The position numbers were made by a program, and so were the translations under genes. Shown here piece after piece: positions 13,401 to 28,300 of a DNA stretch of 64,000 bases; position 1 is the first letter of the stretch; each line of letters starts with the position of its first letter. Location: positions 496,001-560,000 of the forward strand of contig CAXHJY010000973.1 of NCBI GenBank assembly GCA_964016885.1, written 5' to 3'. The notes under the pieces are model-generated. The model was given only the letters and a program-made list of their open reading frames with translations, was not told where the DNA came from and ran no database searches. The stretch comes from Eledone cirrhosa (lineage: Eukaryota).

Positions 13401-15718
13401 AGTTCTTAGCTGTTGACACGTTGCATCCTTTAAAACCTCTATGGAACAAACTACCTCCATCAGTTGTTAGCTGTTGAGACACTGCATCCTTTAAAACCTC
13501 CATGGAACAAACCACCTTCATCAGTTGTTAGCTGTCGAGACACTGCATCCTTTAAAACCTCCATGGAACAAACTAACTGCATCAGTTGTTAGCTGACGAG
13601 ACACTGCATCCTTTAAAACCTCCGTGGAAAAAACTCCCTGCATCAGTTGCTAGTAGTTGAGACACTGCATCCTTTAAAACCTCTATGGAACAAACTATCT
13701 GCATCAGTTGTTAGCTGCTGAGACACTGCATCCTTTAAAACCTCCATGGAACAAACTACCTGCATCAGTTGTTAGCTGTTGAGACATTGCATCCTTTAAA
13801 ACCTCTATGGAACAAACTACCTCCATCAGTTGTTAGCTGTTGAGACACTGCATCCTTTAAAACCTCCATGGAACAAACTACCTGCATCAGTTGTTAGCTG
13901 CTGAGACACTGCATCCTTTAAAACCTCCATGGAAAAAACTACCTTCATCAGTTGTTAGCTGTCCAGAGACTGCATCCTTTAAAACCTCCATGGAACAAAC
14001 TACCTTCATCAGTTGTTACCTGTCGATACACTGCATCCTTTAAAACCTCCATGGAACAAACTACCTGCATCAGTTGTTAGCTGTTGAGACATTGAATCCT
14101 TTAAAACCTCTATGGAACAAACTACCTCCATCAGTTGTTAGCTGTTGAGACACTGCATCCTTTAAAACCTCCATGGAACAATCTACCTGCATCAGTGGTT
14201 ACCTGTTGAGACACTGCATCCTTTAAAACCTCTATGGAACAAGCTACCTCCATCAGTTGTTAGCTGTTGAGACACTGCATCCTTTAAAACCTCCGTGGAA
14301 AAAACTCCCTGCATCAGTTGCTAGCAGTTGAGACACTGAATCTTTTAAAACCTCCATGGAACAAACTACCTGCATCAGTTGTTAGCTGTTGACACGTTGC
14401 ATCCTTTAAAACCTCTATGGAACAAACTACCTCCATCAGTTGTTAGCTGTTGAGACACTGCATCCTTTAAAACCTCTGTGGAAAAAACTCCCTGCATCAG
14501 TTGCTAGCAGTTGAGACACTGAATCTTTTAAAACCTCCATGGAACAAACTACCTGCATCAGTTGTTAGCTGTTGACACGTTGCATCCTTTAAAACCTCTA
14601 TGGAACAAACTACCTCCATCAGTTGTTAGCTGTTGAGACACTGCATCCTTTAAAACCTCTGTGGAAAAAACTCCCTGCATCAGTTGCTAGTAGTTGAGAC
14701 ACTGAATCTTTTAAAACCTCCATGGAACAAACTACCTGCATCAGTTGTTAGCTGTTGACACGTTGCATCCTTTAAAACCTCTATGGAACAAACTACCTCC
14801 ATCAGTTGTTAGCTGTTGAGACACTGCATCCTTTAAAACCTCTATGGAACAAACTACCTGCATCAGTTGTTACCTGTTGAGACACTGCATCCTTTAAAAC
14901 CTCCATGGAACAAACAATCTGCATCAATTGTTAGCTGCTGAGACACTGCATCCTTTAAAACCTCCATGGAACAAACTACCTTCATCAGTTGTTACCTGTC
15001 GATACACTGCATCCTTTAAAACCTCCATGGAACATACTACCTGCATCAGTTGTTAGCTGTTGAGACATTGCATCCTTTAAAACCTCTATGGAACAAAGTA
15101 CCTCCATCAGTTGTTAGCTGACGAGACACTGTATCCTTTAAAACCTCCATGGAACAAACTACCTGCATCAGTTCTTAGCTGTTGACACGTTGCATCCTTT
15201 AAAACCTCTATGGAACAAACTACCTCCATCAGTTGTTAGCTGTTGAGACACTGCATCCTTTAAAACCTCCACGGAACAAACTACCTGCATCAGTTGTTAC
15301 CTGTTGAGACACTGCATCCTTTAAAACCTCCATGGAACAAACTACCTTCATCAGTTGTTAGCTGTCGAGACTCTGCATCCTTTAAAACCTCCATGGAACA
15401 AACCACCTTCATCAGTTGTTAGCTGTCGAGACACTGCATCCTTTAAAACCTCCATGGAACAAACTACCTCAATCAGTTGTTAGCTGTTGAGACACTGCAT
15501 CCTTTAAAACCCCCATGGAAAAAACTCCCTGCATCAGTTGCTAGTAGTTGAGACACTGAATCTTTTAAAACCTCCATGGAACAAACTACCTGCATCAGTT
15601 GTTAGCTGCTGAGACACTGCATCCTTTAAAACCTCCATGGAACAAACTACCTGCATCAGTTGTTAGCTGTTGAGACATTGCATCCTTTAAAACCTCTATG
15701 GAACAAACTACCTCCATC
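7443..15718. repeat. Tandem duplication of a 68-monomer (4138-bp) higher-order block
   Basis: CATCTTTTG marker at 7443, 11581 and 15719 (spacing 4138 = 68x61-10). The 10-bp deletion is at ~8423 and ~12561. Rare variants GTTAAGAC, TTGTCAGC, ACAAGCTACC and CAAAGTACC recur in both copies. Confidence 0.88.
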
Positions 15719-18700
15719 TTTTGTTAGCTGTTGAGACACTGCATCCTTTAAAACCTCCATGGAACAAACTACCTGCATCAGTTGTTAGCTGCTGAGACAC
15801 TGCATCCTTTAAAACCTCCATGGAACAAACCACCTTCATCAGTTGTTAGCTGTCGAGACACTGCATCCTTTAAAACCTCCATGGAACAAACTACCTGCAT
15901 CAGTTTTTAGCTGCTGAGACACTGCATCTTTTAAAACCTCCATGGAACAAACTACCTGCATCAGTTGTTAGCTGACGAGACACTGCATCCTTTAAAACCT
16001 CCGTGGAAAAAACTCCCTGCATCAGTTGCTAGTAGTTGAGACACTGCATCCTTTAAAACCTCTATGGAACAAACTATCTGCATCAGTTGTTAGCTGCTGA
16101 GACACTGCATCCTTTAAAACCTCCATGGAACAAACTACCTGCATCAGTTGTTAGCTGTTGAGACATTGCATCCTTTAAAACCTCTATGGAACAAACTACC
16201 TCCATCAGTTGTTAGCTGTTGAGACACTGCATCCTTTAAAACCTCCATGGAACAATCTACCTGCATCAGTGGTTACCTGTTGAGACACTGCATCCTTTAA
16301 AACCTCTATGGAACAAACTACCTCCATCAGTTGTTAGCTGTTGAGACACTGCATCCTTTAAAACCTCCGTGGAAAAAACTCCCTGCATCAGTTGCTAGCA
16401 GTTGAGACACTGAATCTTTTAAAACCTCCATGGAACAAACTACCTGCATCAGTTGTTAGCTGTTGACACGTTGCATCCTTTAAAACCTCTATGGAACAAA
16501 CTACCTCCATCAGTTGCTAGCTGTTGAGACACTGCATCCTTTAAAACCTCTGTGGAAAAAACTCCCTGCATCAGTTGCTAGTAGTTGAGACACTGAATCT
16601 TTTAAAACCTCCATGGAACAAACTACCTGCATCAGTTGTTAGCTGTTGACATGTTGCATCCTTTAAAACCTCTATGGAACAAACTACCTCCATCAGTTGT
16701 TAGCTGTTGAGACACTGCATCCTTTAAAACCTCCATGGAACAAACTACCTGCATCAGTTGTTACCTGTTGAGACACTGCATCCTTTAAAACCTCCATGGA
16801 ACAAACAATCTGCATCAATTGTTAGCTGCTGAGACACTGCCTCCTTTAAAACCTCCATGGAACAAACTACCTTCATCAGTTGTTACCTGTCGATACACTG
16901 CATCCTTTAAAACCTCCATGGAACATACTACCTGCATCAGTTGTTAGCTGTTGAGACATTGCATCCTTTAAAACCTCTATGGAACAAACTACCTCCATCA
17001 GTTGTTAGCTGACGAGACACTGTATCCTTTAAAACCTCCATGGAACAAACTACCTGCATCAGTTCTTAGCTGTTGACACGTTGCATCCTTTAAAACCTCT
17101 ATGGAACAAACTACCTCCATCAGTTGTTAGCTGTTGAGACACTGCATCCTTTAAAACCTCCACGGAACAAACTACCTGCATCAGTTGTTACCTGTTGAGA
17201 CACTGCATCCTTTAAAACCTCCATGGAACAAACTACCTTCATCAGTTGTTAGCTGTCGAGACTCTGCATCCTTTAAAACCTCTATGGAACAAACTACCTC
17301 AATCAGTTGTTAGCTGTTGAGACACTGCATCCTTTAAAACCTCCGTGGAAAAAACTCCCTGCATCAGTTGCTAGTAGATGAGACACTGAATCTTTTAAAA
17401 CCTCCATGGAACAAACTACCTGCATCAGTTGTTAGCTGCTGAGACACTGCATCCTTTAAAACCTCCATGGAACAAACTACCTGCATCAGTTGTTAGCTGT
17501 TGAGACATTGCATCCTTTAAAACCTCTATGGAACAAACTACCTCCATCTTTTGTTAGCTGTTGAGACACTGCATCCTTTAAAACCTCCATGGAACAAACT
17601 ACCTGCATCAGTTGTTAGCTGCTGAGACACTGCATCCTTTAAAACCTCCATGGAACAAACCACCTTCATCAGTTGTTAGCTGTCGAGACACTGCATCCTT
17701 TAAAACCTCCATGGAACAAACTACCTGCATCAGTTGTTAGCTGCTGAGACACTGCATCTTTTAAAACCTCCATGGAACAAACTACCTGCATCAGTTGTTA
17801 GCTGACGAGACACTGCATCCTTTAAAACCTCCGTGGAAAAAACTCCCTGCATCAGTTGCTAGTAGTTGAGACACTGCATCCTTTAAAACCTCTATGGAAC
17901 AAACTATCTGCATCAGTTGTTAGCTGCTGAGACACTGCATCCTTTAAAACCTCCATGGAACAAACTACCTGCATCAGTTGTTAGCTGTTGAGACATTGCA
18001 TCCTTTAAAACCTCTATGGAACAAACTACCTCCATCAGTTGTTAGCTGTTGAGACACTGCATCCTTTAAAACCTCCATGGAACAAACTACCTGCATCAGT
18101 TGTTAGCTGCTGAGACACTGCATCCTTTAAAACCTCCATGGAAAAAACTACCTTCATCAGTTGTTAGCTGTCCAGAGACTGCATCCTTTAAAACCTCCAT
18201 GGAACAAACTACCTTCATCAGTTGTTACCTGTCGATACACTGCATCCTTTAAAACCTCCATGGAACAAACTACCTGCATCAGTTGTTAGCTGTTGAGACA
18301 TTGCATCCTTTAAAACCTCTATGGAACAAACTACCTCCATCAGTTGTTAGCTGTTGAGACACTGCATCCTTTAAAACCTCCATGGAACAATCTACCTGCA
18401 TCAGTGGTTACCTGTTGAGACACTGCATCCTTTAAAACCTCTATGGAACAAACTACCTCCATCAGTTGTTAGCTGTTGAGACACTGCATCCTTTAAAACC
18501 TCCGTGGAAAAAACTCCCTGCATCAGTTGAGACACTGAATCTTTTAAAACCTCCATGGAACAAACTACCTGCATCAGTTGTTAGCTGTTGACACGTTGCA
18601 TCCTTTAAAACCTCTATGGAACAAACTACCTCCATCAGTTGTTAGCTGTTGAGACACTGCATCCTTTAAAACCTCTGTGGAAAAAACTCCCTGCATCAGT

Positions 18701-21700
18701 TGCTAGCAGTTGAGACACTGAATCTTTTAAAACCTCCATGGAACAAACTACCTGCATCAGTTGTTAGCTGTTGACACGTTGCATCCTTTAAAACCTCTAT
18801 GGAACAAACTACCTCCATCAGTTGTTAGCTGTTAAGACACTGCATCCTTTAAAACCTCTGTGGAAAAAACTCCCTGCATCAGTTGCTAGTAGTTGAGACA
18901 CTGAATCTTTTAAAACCTCCATGGAACAAACTACCTGCATCAGTTGTTAGCTGTTGACACGTTGCATCCTTTAAAACCTCTATGGAACAAACTACCTCCA
19001 TCAGTTGTTAGCTGTTGAGACACTGCATCCTTTAAAACCTCCATGGAACAAACTACCTGCATCAGTTGTTACCTGTTGAGACACTGCATCCTTTAAAACC
19101 TCCATGGAACAAACAATCTGCATCAATTGTCAGCTGCTGAGACACTGCATCCTTTAAAACCTCCATGGAACAAACTACCTTCATCAGTTGTTACCTGTCG
19201 ATACACTGCATCCTTTAAAACCTCCATGGAACATACTACCTGCATCAGTTGTTAGCTGTTGAGACATTGCATCCTTTAAAACCTCTATGGAACAAACTAC
19301 CTCCATCAGTTGTTAGCTGACGAGACACTGTATCCTTTAAAACCTCCATGGAACAAACTATCTGCATCAGTTCTTAGCTGTTGACACGTTGCATCCTTTA
19401 AAACCTCTATGGAACAAACTACCTCCATCAGTTGTTAGCTGTTGAGACACTGCATCCTTTAAAACCTCCATGGAACAAACCACCTTCATCAGTTGTTAGC
19501 TGTCGAGACACTGCATCCTTTAAAACCTCCATGGAACAAACTACCTGCATCAGTTGTTAGCTGACGAGACACTGCATCCTTTAAAACCTCCGTGGAAAAA
19601 ACTCCCTGCATCAGTTGCTAGTAGTTGAGACACTGCATCCTTTAAAACCTCTATGGAACAAACTATCTGCATCAGTTGTTAGCTGCTGAGACACTGCATC
19701 CTTTAAAACCTCCATGGAACAAACTACCTGCATCAGTTGTTAGCTGTTGAGACATTGCATCCTTTAAAACCTCTATGGAACAAACTACCTCCATCAGTTG
19801 TTAGCTGTTGAGACACTGCATCCTTTAAAACCTCCATGGAACAAACTACCTGCATCAGTTGTTAGCTGCTGAGACACTGCATCCTTTAAAACCTCCATGG
19901 AAAAAACTACCTTCATCAGTTGTTAGCTGTCCAGAGACTGCATCCTTTAAAACCTCCATGGAACAAACTACCTTCATCAGTTGTTACCTGTCGATACACT
20001 GCATCCTTTAAAACCTCCATGGAACAAACTACCTGCATCAGTTGTTAGCTGTTGAGACATTGAATCCTTTAAAACCTCTATGGAACAAACTACCTCCATC
20101 AGTTGTTAGCTGTTGAGACACTGCATCCTTTAAAACCTCCATGGAACAATCTACCTGCATCAGTGGTTACCTGTTGAGACACTGCATCCTTTAAAACCTC
20201 TATGGAACAAGCTACCTCCATCAGTTGTTAGCTGTTGAGACACTGCATCCTTTAAAACCTCCGTGGAAAAAACTCCCTGCATCAGTTGCTAGCAGTTGAG
20301 ACACTGAATCTTTTAAAACCTCCATGGAACAAACTACCTGCATCAGTTGTTAGCTGTTGACACGTTGCATCCTTTAAAACCTCTATGGAACAAACTACCT
20401 CCATCAGTTGTTAGCTGTTGAGACACTGCATCCTTTAAAACCTCTGTGGAAAAAACTCCCTGCATCAGTTGCTAGCAGTTGAGACACTGAATCTTTTAAA
20501 ACCTCCATGGAACAAACTACCTGCATCAGTTGTTAGCTGTTGACACGTTGCATCCTTTAAAACCTCTATGGAACAAACTACCTCCATCAGTTGTTAGCTG
20601 TTGAGACACTGCATCCTTTAAAACCTCTATGGAACAAACTACCTGCATCAGTTGTTACCTGTTGAGACACTGCATCCTTTAAAACCTCCATGGAACAAAC
20701 AATCTGCATCAATTGTTAGCTGCTGAGACACTGCATCCTTTAAAACCTCCATGGAACAAACTACCTTCATCAGTTGTTACCTGTCGATACACTGCATCCT
20801 TTAAAACCTCCATGGAACATACTACCTGCATCAGTTGTTAGCTGTTGAGACATTGCATCCTTTAAAACCTCTATGGAACAAAGTACCTCCATCAGTTGTT
20901 AGCTGACGAGACACTGTATCCTTTAAAACCTCCATGGAACAAACTACCTGCATCAGTTCTTAGCTGTTGACACGTTGCATCCTTTAAAACCTCTATGGAA
21001 CAAACTACCTCCATCAGTTGTTAGCTGTTGACACGTTGCATCCTTTAAAACCTCTATGGAACAAACTACCTCCATCAGTTGTTAGCTGTTGAGACACTGC
21101 ATCCTTTAAAACCTCTGTGGAAAAAACTCCCTGCATCAGTTGCTAGCAGTTGAGACACTGAATCTTTTAAAACCTCCATGGAACAAACTACCTGCATCAG
21201 TTGTTAGCTGTTGACACGTTGCATCCTTTAAAACCTCTATGGAACAAACTACCTCCATCAGTTGTTAGCTGTTGAGACACTGCATCCTTTAAAACCTCTG
21301 TGGAAAAAACTCCCTGCATCAGTTGCTAGTAGTTGAGACACTGAATCTTTTAAAACCTCCATGGAACAAACTACCTGCATCAGTTGTTAGCTGTTGACAC
21401 GTTGCATCCTTTAAAACCTCTATGGAACAAACTACCTCCATCAGTTGTTAGCTGTTGAGACACTGCATCCTTTAAAACCTCTATGGAACAAACTACCTGC
21501 ATCAGTTGTTACCTGTTGAGACACTGCATCCTTTAAAACCTCCATGGAACAAACAATCTGCATCAATTGTTAGCTGCTGAGACACTGCATCCTTTAAAAC
21601 CTCCATGGAACAAACTACCTTCATCAGTTGTTACCTGTCGATACACTGCATCCTTTAAAACCTCCATGGAACATACTACCTGCATCAGTTGTTAGCTGTT

Positions 21701-22357
21701 GAGACATTGCATCCTTTAAAACCTCTATGGAACAAAGTACCTCCATCAGTTGTTAGCTGACGAGACACTGTATCCTTTAAAACCTCCATGGAACAAACTA
21801 CCTGCATCAGTTCTTAGCTGTTGACACGTTGCATCCTTTAAAACCTCTATGGAACAAACTACCTCCATCAGTTGTTAGCTGTTGAGACACTGCATCCTTT
21901 AAAACCTCCACGGAACAAACTACCTGCATCAGTTGTTACCTGTTGAGACACTGCATCCTTTAAAACCTCCATGGAACAAACTACCTTCATCAGTTGTTAG
22001 CTGTCGAGACTCTGCATCCTTTAAAACCTCCATGGAACAAACCACCTTCATCAGTTGTTAGCTGTCGAGACACTGCATCCTTTAAAACCTCCATGGAACA
22101 AACTACCTCAATCAGTTGTTAGCTGTTGAGACACTGCATCCTTTAAAACCCCCATGGAAAAAACTCCCTGCATCAGTTGCTAGTAGTTGAGACACTGAAT
22201 CTTTTAAAACCTCCATGGAACAAACTACCTGCATCAGTTGTTAGCTGCTGAGACACTGCATCCTTTAAAACCTCCATGGAACAAACTACCTGCATCAGTT
22301 GTTAGCTGTTGAGACATTGCATCCTTTAAAACCTCTATGGAACAAACTACCTCCATC

Positions 22358-25300
22358 TTTTGTTAGCTGTTGAGACACTGCATCCTTTAAAACCTCCATG
22401 GAACAAACTACCTGCATCAGTTGTTAGCTGCTGAGACACTGCATCCTTTAAAACCTCCATGGAACAAACCACCTTCATCAGTTGTTAGCTGTCGAGACAC
22501 TGCATCCTTTAAAACCTCCATGGAACAAACTACCTGCATCAGTTTTTAGCTGCTGAGACACTGCATCTTTTAAAACCTCCATGGAACAAACTACCTGCAT
22601 CAGTTGTTAGCTGACGAGACACTGCATCCTTTAAAACCTCCGTGGAAAAAACTCCCTGCATCAGTTGCTAGTAGTTGAGACACTGCATCCTTTAAAACCT
22701 CTATGGAACAAACTATCTGCATCAGTTGTTAGCTGCTGAGACACTGCATCCTTTAAAACCTCCATGGAACAAACTACCTGCATCAGTTGTTAGCTGTTGA
22801 GACATTGCATCCTTTAAAACCTCTATGGAACAAACTACCTCCATCAGTTGTTAGCTGTTGAGACACTGCATCCTTTAAAACCTCCATGGAACAATCTACC
22901 TGCATCAGTGGTTACCTGTTGAGACACTGCATCCTTTAAAACCTCTATGGAACAAACTACCTCCATCAGTTGTTAGCTGTTGAGACACTGCATCCTTTAA
23001 AACCTCCGTGGAAAAAACTCCCTGCATCAGTTGCTAGCAGTTGAGACACTGAATCTTTTAAAACCTCCATGGAACAAACTACCTGCATCAGTTGTTAGCT
23101 GTTGACACGTTGCATCCTTTAAAACCTCTATGGAACAAACTACCTCCATCAGTTGCTAGCTGTTGAGACACTGCATCCTTTAAAACCTCTGTGGAAAAAA
23201 CTCCCTGCATCAGTTGCTAGTAGTTGAGACACTGAATCTTTTAAAACCTCCATGGAACAAACTACCTGCATCAGTTGTTAGCTGTTGACATGTTGCATCC
23301 TTTAAAACCTCTATGGAACAAACTACCTCCATCAGTTGTTAGCTGTTGAGACACTGCATCCTTTAAAACCTCCATGGAACAAACTACCTGCATCAGTTGT
23401 TACCTGTTGAGACACTGCATCCTTTAAAACCTCCATGGAACAAACAATCTGCATCAATTGTTAGCTGCTGAGACACTGCCTCCTTTAAAACCTCCATGGA
23501 ACAAACTACCTTCATCAGTTGTTACCTGTCGATACACTGCATCCTTTAAAACCTCCATGGAACATACTACCTGCATCAGTTGTTAGCTGTTGAGACATTG
23601 CATCCTTTAAAACCTCTATGGAACAAACTACCTCCATCAGTTGTTAGCTGACGAGACACTGTATCCTTTAAAACCTCCATGGAACAAACTACCTGCATCA
23701 GTTCTTAGCTGTTGACACGTTGCATCCTTTAAAACCTCTATGGAACAAACTACCTCCATCAGTTGTTAGCTGTTGAGACACTGCATCCTTTAAAACCTCC
23801 ACGGAACAAACTACCTGCATCAGTTGTTACCTGTTGAGACACTGCATCCTTTAAAACCTCCATGGAACAAACTACCTTCATCAGTTGTTAGCTGTCGAGA
23901 CTCTGCATCCTTTAAAACCTCTATGGAACAAACTACCTCAATCAGTTGTTAGCTGTTGAGACACTGCATCCTTTAAAACCTCCGTGGAAAAAACTCCCTG
24001 CATCAGTTGCTAGTAGATGAGACACTGAATCTTTTAAAACCTCCATGGAACAAACTACCTGCATCAGTTGTTAGCTGCTGAGACACTGCATCCTTTAAAA
24101 CCTCCATGGAACAAACTACCTGCATCAGTTGTTAGCTGTTGAGACATTGCATCCTTTAAAACCTCTATGGAACAAACTACCTCCATCTTTTGTTAGCTGT
24201 TGAGACACTGCATCCTTTAAAACCTCCATGGAACAAACTACCTGCATCAGTTGTTAGCTGCTGAGACACTGCATCCTTTAAAACCTCCATGGAACAAACC
24301 ACCTTCATCAGTTGTTAGCTGTCGAGACACTGCATCCTTTAAAACCTCCATGGAACAAACTACCTGCATCAGTTGTTAGCTGCTGAGACACTGCATCTTT
24401 TAAAACCTCCATGGAACAAACTACCTGCATCAGTTGTTAGCTGACGAGACACTGCATCCTTTAAAACCTCTGTGGAAAAAACTCCCTGCATCAGTTGCTA
24501 GTAGTTGAGACACTGCATCCTTTAAAACCTCTATGGAACAAACTATCTGCATCAGTTGTTAGCTGCTGAGACACTGCATCCTTTAAAACCTCCATGGAAC
24601 AAACTACCTGCATCAGTTGTTAGCTGTTGAGACATTGCATCCTTTAAAACCTCTATGGAACAAACTACCTCCATCAGTTGTTAGCTGTTGAGACACAGCA
24701 TCCTTTAAAACCTCCATGGAACAAACTACCTGCATCAGTTGTTAGCTGCTGAGACACTGCATCCTTTAAAACCTCCATGGAAAAAACTACCTTCATCAGC
24801 TGTTAGCTGTCCAGAGACTGCATCCTTTAAAACCTCCATGGAACAAACTACCTTCATCAGTTGTTACCTGTCGATACACTGCATCCTTTAAAACCTCCAT
24901 GGAACAAACTACCTGCATCAGTTGTTAGCTGTTGAGACATTGCATCCTTTAAAACCTCTATGGAACAAACTACCTCCATCAGTTGTTAGCTGTTGAGACA
25001 CTGCATCCTTTAAAACCTCCATGGAACAATCTACCTGCATCAGTGGTTACCTGTTGAGACACTGCATCCTTTAAAACCTCTATGAAACAAACTACCTCCA
25101 TCAGTTGTTAGCTGTTGAGACACTGCATCCTTTAAAACCTCCGTGGAAAAAACTCCCTGCATCAGTTGCTAGCAGTTGAGACACTGAATCTTTTAAAACC
25201 TCCATGGAACAAACTACCTGCATCAGTTGTTAGCTGTTGACACGTTGCATCCTTTAAAACCTCTATGGAACAAACTACCTCCATCAGTTGTTAGCTGTTG

Positions 25301-28300
25301 AGACACTGCATCCTTTAAAACCTCTGTGGAAAAAACTCCCTGCATCAGTTGCTAGCAGTTGAGACACTGAATCTTTTAAAACCTCCATGGAACAAACTAC
25401 CTGCATCAGTTGTTAACTGTTGACACGTTGCATCCTTTAAAACCTCTATGGAACAAACTACCTCCATCAGTTGTTAGCTGTTGAGACACTGCATCCTTTA
25501 AAACCTCTGTGGAAAAAACTCCCTGCATCAGTTGCTAGTAGTTGAGACACTGAATCTTTTAAAACCTCCATGGAACAAACTACCTGCATCAGTTGTTAGC
25601 TGTTGACAAGTTGCATCCTTTAAAACCTCTATGGAACAAACTACCTCCATCAGTTGTTAGCTGTTGAGACACTGCATCCTTTAAAACCTCCATGGAACAA
25701 ACTACCTGCATCAGTTGTTAGCTGTCCAGAGACTGCATCCTTTAAAACCTCCATGGAACAAACTACCTTCATCAGTTGTTACCTGTCGATACACTGCATC
25801 CTTTAAAACCTCCATGGAACAAACTACCTGCATCAGTTGTTAGCTGTTGAGACATTGAATCCTTTAAAACCTCTATGGAACAAACTACCTCCATCAGTTG
25901 TTAGCTGTTGAGACACTGCATCCTTTAAAACCTCCATGGAACAATCTACCTGCATCAGTGGTTACCTGTTGAGACACTGCATCCTTTAAAACCTCTATGG
26001 AACAAGCTACCTCCATCAGTTGTTAGCTGTTGAGACACTGCATCCTTTAAAACCTCCGTGGAAAAAACTCCCTGCATCAGTTGCTAGCAGTTGAGACACT
26101 GAATCTTTTAAAACCTCCATGGAACAAACTACCTGCATCAGTTGTTAGCTGTTGACACGTTGCATCCTTTAAAACCACTATGGAACAAACTACCTCCATC
26201 AGTTGTTAGCTGTTGAGACACTGCATCCTTTAAAACCTCTGTGGAAAAAACTCCCTGCATCAGTTGCTAGCAGTTGAGACACTGAATCTTTTAAAACCTC
26301 CATGGAACAAACTACCTGCATCAGTTGTTAGCTGTTGACACGTTGCATCCTTTAAAACCTCTATGGAACAAACTACCTCCATCAGTTGTTAGCTGTTGAG
26401 ACACTGCATCCTTTAAAACCTCTGTGGAAAAAACTCCCTGCATCAGTTGCTAGTAGTTGAGACACTGAATCTTTTAAAACCTCCATGGAACAAACTACCT
26501 GCATCAGTTGTTAGCTGTTGACACGTTGCATCCTTTAAAACCTCTATGGAACAAACTACCTCCATCAGTTGTTAGCTGTTGAGACACTGCATCCTTTAAA
26601 ACCTCTATGGAACAAACTACCTGCATCAGTTGTTACCTGTTGAGACACTGCATCCTTTAAAACCTCCATGGAACAAACAATCTGCATCAATTGTTAGCTG
26701 CTGAGACACTGCATCCTTTAAAACCTCCATGGAACAAACTACCTTCATCAGTTGTTACCTGTCGATACACTGCATCCTTTAAAACCTCCATGGAACATAC
26801 TACCTGCATCAGTTGTTAGCTGTTGAGACATTGCATCCTTTAAAACCTCTATGGAACAAAGTACCTCCATCAGTTGTTAGCTGACGAGACACTGTATCCT
26901 TTAAAACCTCCATGGAACAAACTACCTGCATCAGTTCTTAGCTGTTGACACGTTGCATCCTTTAAAACCTCTATGGAACAAACTACCTCCATCAGTTGTT
27001 AGCTGTTGAGACACTGCATCCTTTAAAACCTCCACGGAACAAACTACCTGCATCAGTTGTTACCTGTTGAGACACTGCATCCTTTAAAACCTCCATGGAA
27101 CAAACTACCTTCATCAGTTGTTAGCTGTCGAGACTCTGCATCCTTTAAAACCTCCATGGAACAAACTACCTTAATCAGTTGTTAGCTGTTGAGACATTGC
27201 ATCCTTTAAAACCTCTATGGAACAAACTACCTCAATCAGTTGTTAGCTGTTGAGACACTGCATCCTTTAAAACCCCCATGGAAAAAACTCCCTGCATCAG
27301 TTGCTAGTAGTTGAGACACTGAATCTTTTAAAACCTCCATGGAACAAACTACCTGCATCAGTTGTTAGCTGCTGAGACACTGCATCCTTTAAAACCTCCA
27401 TGGAACAAACTACCTGCATCAGTTGTTAGCTGTTGAGACATTGCATCCTTTAAAACCTCTATGGAACAAACTACCTCCATCTTTTGTTAGCTGTTGAGAC
27501 ACTGCATCCTTTAAAACCTCCATGGAACAAACTACCTGCATCAGTTGTTAGCTGCTGAGACACTGCATCCTTTAAAACCTCCATGGAACAAACCACCTTC
27601 ATCAGTTGTTAGCTGTCGAGACACTGCATCCTTTAAAACCTCCATGGAACAAACTACCTGCATCAGTTGTTAGCTGCTGAGACACTGCATCTTTTAAAAC
27701 CTCCATGGAACAAACTACCTGCATCAGTTGTTAGCTGACGAGACACTGCATCCTTTAAAACCTCTGTGGAAAAAACTCCCTGCATCAGTTGCTAGTAGTT
27801 GAGACACTGCATCCTTTAAAACCTCTATGGAACAAACTATCTGCATCAGTTGTTAGCTGCTGAGACACTGCATCCTTTAAAACCTCCATGGAACAAACTA
27901 CCTGCATCAGTTGTTAGCTGTTGAGACATTGCATCCTTTAAAACCTCTATGGAACAAACTACCTCCATCAGTTGTTAGCTGTTGAGACACTGCATCCTTT
28001 AAAACCTCCATGGAACAATCTACCTGCATCAGTGGTTACCTGTTGAGACACTGCATCCTTTAAAACCTCTATGGAACAAACTACCTCCATCAGTTGTTAG
28101 CTGTTGAGACACTGCATCCTTTAAAACCTCCGTGGAAAAAACTCCCTGCATCAGTTGCTAGCAGTTGAGACACTGAATCTTTTAAAACCTCCATGGAACA
28201 AACTACCTGCATCAGTTGTTAGCTGTTGACACGTTGCATCCTTTAAAACCTCTATGGAACAAACTACCTCCATCAGTTGCTAGCTGTTGAGACACTGCAT

